From the IMG/VR virus record IMGVR_UViG_2531839476_000012: 26,095 nt of DNA; one strand, written 5' to 3'. The translations under genes and the position numbers were made by a program. Shown here one piece after another: positions 18,569-26,095 of this stretch (positions within the stretch are counted from its first letter, which is position 1; every line of letters begins with the position of its first letter). This DNA is from a virus. Lineage: Duplodnaviria; Heunggongvirae; Uroviricota; Caudoviricetes. Below the pieces are notes generated by a model, which had not been told where the DNA came from, did no database searches, and was given only the letters and a program-made list of their open reading frames with translations.

Positions 18569-19088
18569 ATGGAAGTCAACAAAAAGCAGCTGGCTGACAT
18601 TTTCGGTGCGAGTATCCGTACCATTCAGAACTGGCAGGAACAGGGAATGCCCGTTCTGCGAGGCGGTGGCAAGGGTAATGAGGTGCTTTATGACTCTGCC
18701 GCCGTCATAAAATGGTATGCCGAAAGGGATGCTGAAATTGAGAACGAAAAGCTGCGCCGGGAGGTTGAAGAACTGCGGCAGGCCAGCGAGGCAGATCTCC
18801 AGCCAGGAACTATTGAGTACGAACGCCATCGACTTACGCGTGCGCAGGCCGACGCACAGGAACTGAAGAATGCCAGAGACTCCGCTGAAGTGGTGGAAAC
18901 CGCATTCTGTACTTTCGTGTTGTCGCGGATCGCAGGTGAAATTGCCAGTATTCTCGACGGGCTCCCCCTGTCGGTGCAGCGGCGTTTTCCGGAACTGGAA
19001 AACCGACATGTTGATTTCCTGAAACGGGATATCATCAAAGCCATGAACAAAGCAGCCGCGCTGGATGAACTGATACCGGGGTTGCTGA

Positions 19089-19114
<26 letters not shown>
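18569..19114 (+). CDS. nu1: Terminase small subunit Nu1, 181 aa
   Basis: Protein matches lambda Nu1 as recalled (MEVNKKQLADIFGASIRTIQNWQEQGMPV...); N-terminal winged-HTH; position right after cos. Confidence 0.95.
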
Positions 19115-22790
<3,676 letters not shown>

Positions 22791-22810
<20 letters not shown>

Positions 22811-24110
22811 TCTCCCGCATATTGCCAGCATGGCCTTTAATGAGCCGCTGATGCTTGAACCGCCTATGCGCGGGTTTTCTTTTGTGCGCTTGCAGGCCAG
22901 CTTGGGATCAGCCGCCTGACGGATGCGGTGTCCGGCGACAGCCTGACTGCCCAGGAGGCGCTCGCGACGCTGGCATTATCCGGTGATGATGACGGACCAC
23001 GACAGGCCCGCAGTTATCAGGTCATGAACGGCATCGCCGTGCTGCCGGTGTCCGGCACGCTGGTCAGCCGGACGCGGGCGCTGCAGCCGTACTCGGGGGA
23101 TGACCGGTTACAACGGCATTATCGCCCGTCTGCAACAGGCTGCCAGCGATCCGATGGTGGACGGCATTCTGCTCGATATGGTACACGCCCGGCGGGATGG
23201 TGCGGGGGCATTTGACTGCGCTGACATCATCGCCCGTGTGCGTGACATAAAACCGGTATGGGCGCTTGCCAACGACATGAACTGCAGTGCAGGTCAGTTG
23301 CTTGCCAGTGCCGCCTCCCGGCGTCTGGTCACGCAGACCGCCCGGACAGGCTCCATCGGCGTCATGATGGCTCACAGTAATTACGGTGCTGCGCTGGAGA
23401 AACAGGGTGTGGAAATCACCCTGATTTACAGCGGCAGCCATAAGGTGGATGGCAACCCCTACAGCCATCTTCCGGATGACGTCCGGGAGACACTGCAGTC
23501 CCGGATGGACGCAACCCGCCGGATGTTTGCGCAGAAGGTGTCGGCATATACCGGCCTGTCCGTGCAGGCTGTGCTGGATACCGAGGCTGCAGTGTACAGC
23601 GGTCAGGAGGCCATTGATGCCGGACTGGCTGATGAACTTGTTAACAGCACCGATGCGATCACCGTCATGCGTGATGCACTGGATGCACGTAAATCCCGTC
23701 TCTCAGGAGGGCGAATGACCAAAGAGACTCAATCAACAACTGTTTCAGCCACTGCTTCGCAGGCTGACGTTACTGACGTGGTGCCAGCGACGGAGGGCGA
23801 GAACGCCAGCGCGGCGCAGCCGGACGTGAACGCGCAGATCACCGCAGCGGTTGCGGCAGAAAACAGCCGCATTATGGGGATCCTCAACTGTGAGGAGGCT
23901 CACGGACGCGAAGAACAGGCACGCGTGCTGGCAGAAACCCCCGGTATGACCGTGAAAACGGCCCGCCGCATTCTGGCCGCAGCACCACAGAGTGCACAGG
24001 CGCGCAGTGACACTGCGCTGGATCGTCTGATGCAGGGGGCACCGGCACCGCTGGCTGCAGGTAACCCGGCATCTGATGCCGTTAACGATTTGCTGAACAC
24101 ACCAGTGTAA
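22791..24110 (+). pseudogene. C: Prohead protease/scaffold C (with in-frame Nu3 region), interrupted by several indels
   Basis: GTG start 22791. N-terminus (TAELRNLPHIASMAFNEPLMLEP) in one frame, VSGDSLTAQEALATLALSGDDDGPRQARSYQ... in another (ORF 22928-23215), remainder in ORF 23100-24110. Breaks at CC 22860-22861 and the G-run 23095-23099, plus a compensating pair near 23182 and 23202. Confidence 0.8.
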
Positions 24111-24119
24111 GGGATGTTT

Positions 24120-24452
24120 ATGACGAGCAAAGAAACCTTTACCCATTACCAGCCGCAGGGCAACAGTGACCCGGCTCATACCGCAACCGCGCCCGGCGGA
24201 TTGAGTGCGAAAGCGCCTGCAATGACCCCGCTGATGCTGGACACCTCCAGCCGTAAGCTGGTTGCGTGGGATGGCACCACCGACGGTGCTGCCGTTGGCA
24301 TTCTTGCGGTTGCTGCTGACCAGACCAGCACCACGCTGACGTTCTACAAGTCCGGCACGTTCCGTTATGAGGATGTGCTCTGGCCGGAGGCTGCCAGCGA
24401 CGAGACGAAAAAACGGACCGCGTTTGCCGGAACGGCAATCAGCATCGTTTAA
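24120..24452 (+). CDS. D: Head decoration protein D, 110 aa
   Basis: Intact; matches lambda gpD as recalled ([41 protein letters not shown]...). Confidence 0.92.
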
Positions 24453-24472
24453 CTTTACCCTTCATCACTAAA

Positions 24473-24494
24473 GGCCGCCTGTGCGGCTTTTTTT
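24473..24494 (+). terminator. Hairpin plus T7 run between D and E (terminator-like or attenuator)
   Basis: GCCGC-CTGT-GCGGC followed by TTTTTTT. Confidence 0.5.
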
Positions 24495-24507
24495 ACGGGA
24501 TTTTTTT

Positions 24508-25533
24508 ATGTCGATGTACACAACCGCCCAACTGCTGGCGGCAAATGAGCAGAAATTTAAGTTTGATCCGCTGTTTCTGCGTCTCTTTTTCCGTGAGAGC
24601 TATCCCTTCACCACGGAGAAAGTCTATCTCTCACAAATTCCGGGACTGGTAAACATGGCGCTGTACGTTTCGCCGATTGTTTCCGGTGAGGTTATCCGTT
24701 CCCGTGGCGGCTCCACCTCTGAATTTACGCCGGGATATGTCAAGCCGAAGCATGAAGTGAATCCGCAGATGACCCTGCGTCGCCTGCCGGATGAAGATCC
24801 GCAGAATCTGGCGGACCCGGCTTACCGCCGCCGTCGCATCATCATGCAGAACATGCGTGACGAAGAGCTGGCCATTGCTCAGGTCGAAGAGATGCAGGCA
24901 GTTTCTGCCGTGCTTAAGGGCAAATACACCATGACCGGTGAAGCCTTCGATCCGGTTGAGGTGGATATGGGCCGCAGTGAGGAGAATAACATCACGCAGT
25001 CCGGCGGCACGGAGTGGAGCAAGCGTGACAAGTCCACGTATGACCCGACCGACGATATCGAAGCCTACGCGCTGAACGCCAGCGGTGTGGTGAATATCAT
25101 CGTGTTCGATCCGAAAGGCTGGGCGCTGTTCCGTTCCTTCAAAGCCGTCAAGGAGAAGCTGGATACCCGTCGTGGCTCTAATTCCGAGCTGGAGACAGCG
25201 GTGAAAGACCTAGGTAAAGCGGTGTCCTATAAGGGGATGTATGGCGATGTGGCCATCGTCGTGTATTCCGGACAGTACGTGGAAAACGGCGTCAAAAAGA
25301 ACTTCCTGCCGGACAACACGATGGTGCTGGGGAACACTCAGGCACGCGGTCTGCGCACCTATGGCTGCATTCAGGATGCGGACGCACAGCGCGAAGGCAT
25401 TAACGCCTCTGCCCGTTACCCGAAAAACTGGGTGACCACCGGCGATCCGGCGCGTGAGTTCACCATGATTCAGTCAGCACCGCTGATGCTGCTGGCTGAC
25501 CCTGATGAGTTCGTGTCCGTACAACTGGCGTAA
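24508..25533 (+). CDS. E: Major capsid protein E, 341 aa
   Basis: Intact; matches lambda gpE as recalled (MSMYTTAQLLAANEQKFKFDPLFLRLFFRESYPFTTEKVYL...). Confidence 0.95.
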   Translation: MSMYTTAQLLAANEQKFKFDPLFLRLFFRESYPFTTEKVYLSQIPGLVNMALYVSPIVSGEVIRSRGGSTSEFTPGYVKPKHEVNPQMTLRRLPDEDPQNLADPAYRRRRIIMQNMRDEELAIAQVEEMQAVSAVLKGKYTMTGEAFDPVEVDMGRSEENNITQSGGTEWSKRDKSTYDPTDDIEAYALNASGVVNIIVFDPKGWALFRSFKAVKEKLDTRRGSNSELETAVKDLGKAVSYKGMYGDVAIVVYSGQYVENGVKKNFLPDNTMVLGNTQARGLRTYGCIQDADAQREGINASARYPKNWVTTGDPAREFTMIQSAPLMLLADPDEFVSVQLA

Positions 25534-25574
25534 TCATGGCCCTTCGGGGCCATTGTTTCTCTGTGGAGGAGTCC

Positions 25575-25973
25575 ATGACGAAAGATGAACTGATTGCCCG
25601 TCTCCGCTCGCTGGGTGAACAACTGAACCGTGATGTCAGCCTGACGGGGACGAAAGAAGAACTGGCGCTCCGTGTGGCAGAGCTGGAAGAGGAGCTTGAT
25701 GACACGGATGAAACTGCCGGTCAGGACACCCCTCTCAGCCGGGAAAATGTGCTGACCGGACATGAAAATGAGGTGGGATCAGCGCAGCCGGATACCGTGA
25801 TTCTGGATACGTCTGAACTGGTCACGGTCGTGGCACTGGTGAAGCTGCATACTGATGCACTTCACGCCACGCGGGATGAACCTGTGGCATTTGTGCTGCC
25901 GGGAACGGCGTTTCGTGTCTCTGCCGGTGTGGCAGCCGAAATGACAGAGCGCGGCCTGGCCAGAATGCAATAA
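25575..25973 (+). CDS. FI: DNA packaging protein FI, 132 aa
   Basis: Intact; matches lambda gpFI as recalled (MTKDELIARLRSLGEQLNRDVSLTGTKEELALRVAEL...); GGAGGAG Shine-Dalgarno. Confidence 0.9.
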   Translation: MTKDELIARLRSLGEQLNRDVSLTGTKEELALRVAELEEELDDTDETAGQDTPLSRENVLTGHENEVGSAQPDTVILDTSELVTVVALVKLHTDALHATRDEPVAFVLPGTAFRVSAGVAAEMTERGLARMQ

Positions 25974-25984
25974 CGGGAGGCGCT

Positions 25985-26095
25985 GTGGCTGATTTCGATA
26001 ACCTGTTCGATGCTGCCATTGCCCGCGCCGATGAAACGATACGCGGGTACATGGGAACGTCAGCCACCATTACATCCGGTGAGCAGTCAGGTGCG
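25985..26095 (+). CDS. FII: Head-tail connector FII, 5' part only (runs off the window)
   Basis: GTG start with GGGAGG Shine-Dalgarno; translation (M)ADFDNLFDAAIARADETIRGYMGTSATITSGEQSGA matches the lambda FII N-terminus as recalled. Confidence 0.75.
   Translation, partial: MADFDNLFDAAIARADETIRGYMGTSATITSGEQSGA

Overview
The whole 26.1 kb window is the interior of one lambdoid prophage, read left to right as: tyrosine integrase and xis (1-1391, minus strand); a leftward early operon matching the CPS-53 YfdP/Q/R/S/T module by protein length and sequence (1391-3965); a non-coding region with nested inverted repeats; a plus-strand accessory gene of unknown function with its own terminator (4436-5014); an immunity switch with a LexA-like cI repressor, cro-like gene and three 14-bp operator palindromes; a replication/nin-like region (O-like initiator with internal iterons, PerC-like protein, N6-adenine methyltransferase, LexA DNA-binding-domain-only protein, RusA, KilA-N, DUF968/HNH, antiterminator Q); an IS5 copy with CTAA target duplication inserted exactly at the Q stop codon; an intact NmpC/Lc-type porin on the opposite strand; a phage-21/DLP12-type lysis cassette (holin, lysozyme, Rz with embedded Rz1); Bor and small ORFs; then lambda-type cos and head genes Nu1, A, W, B, C, D, E, FI and the start of FII. 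The terminase large subunit, portal and C protease/scaffold genes are each split into several frames by single-base indels, mostly in short homopolymer runs, so either this is a decaying cryptic prophage or the assembly carries homopolymer errors. No tRNA, rRNA or CRISPR array was found. The most interesting candidate for an undescribed function is the coiled-coil plus zinc-ribbon gene at 4436-4951, set convergent to cI. All identifications rest on reading the translations and on recalled family knowledge; no database search was run.
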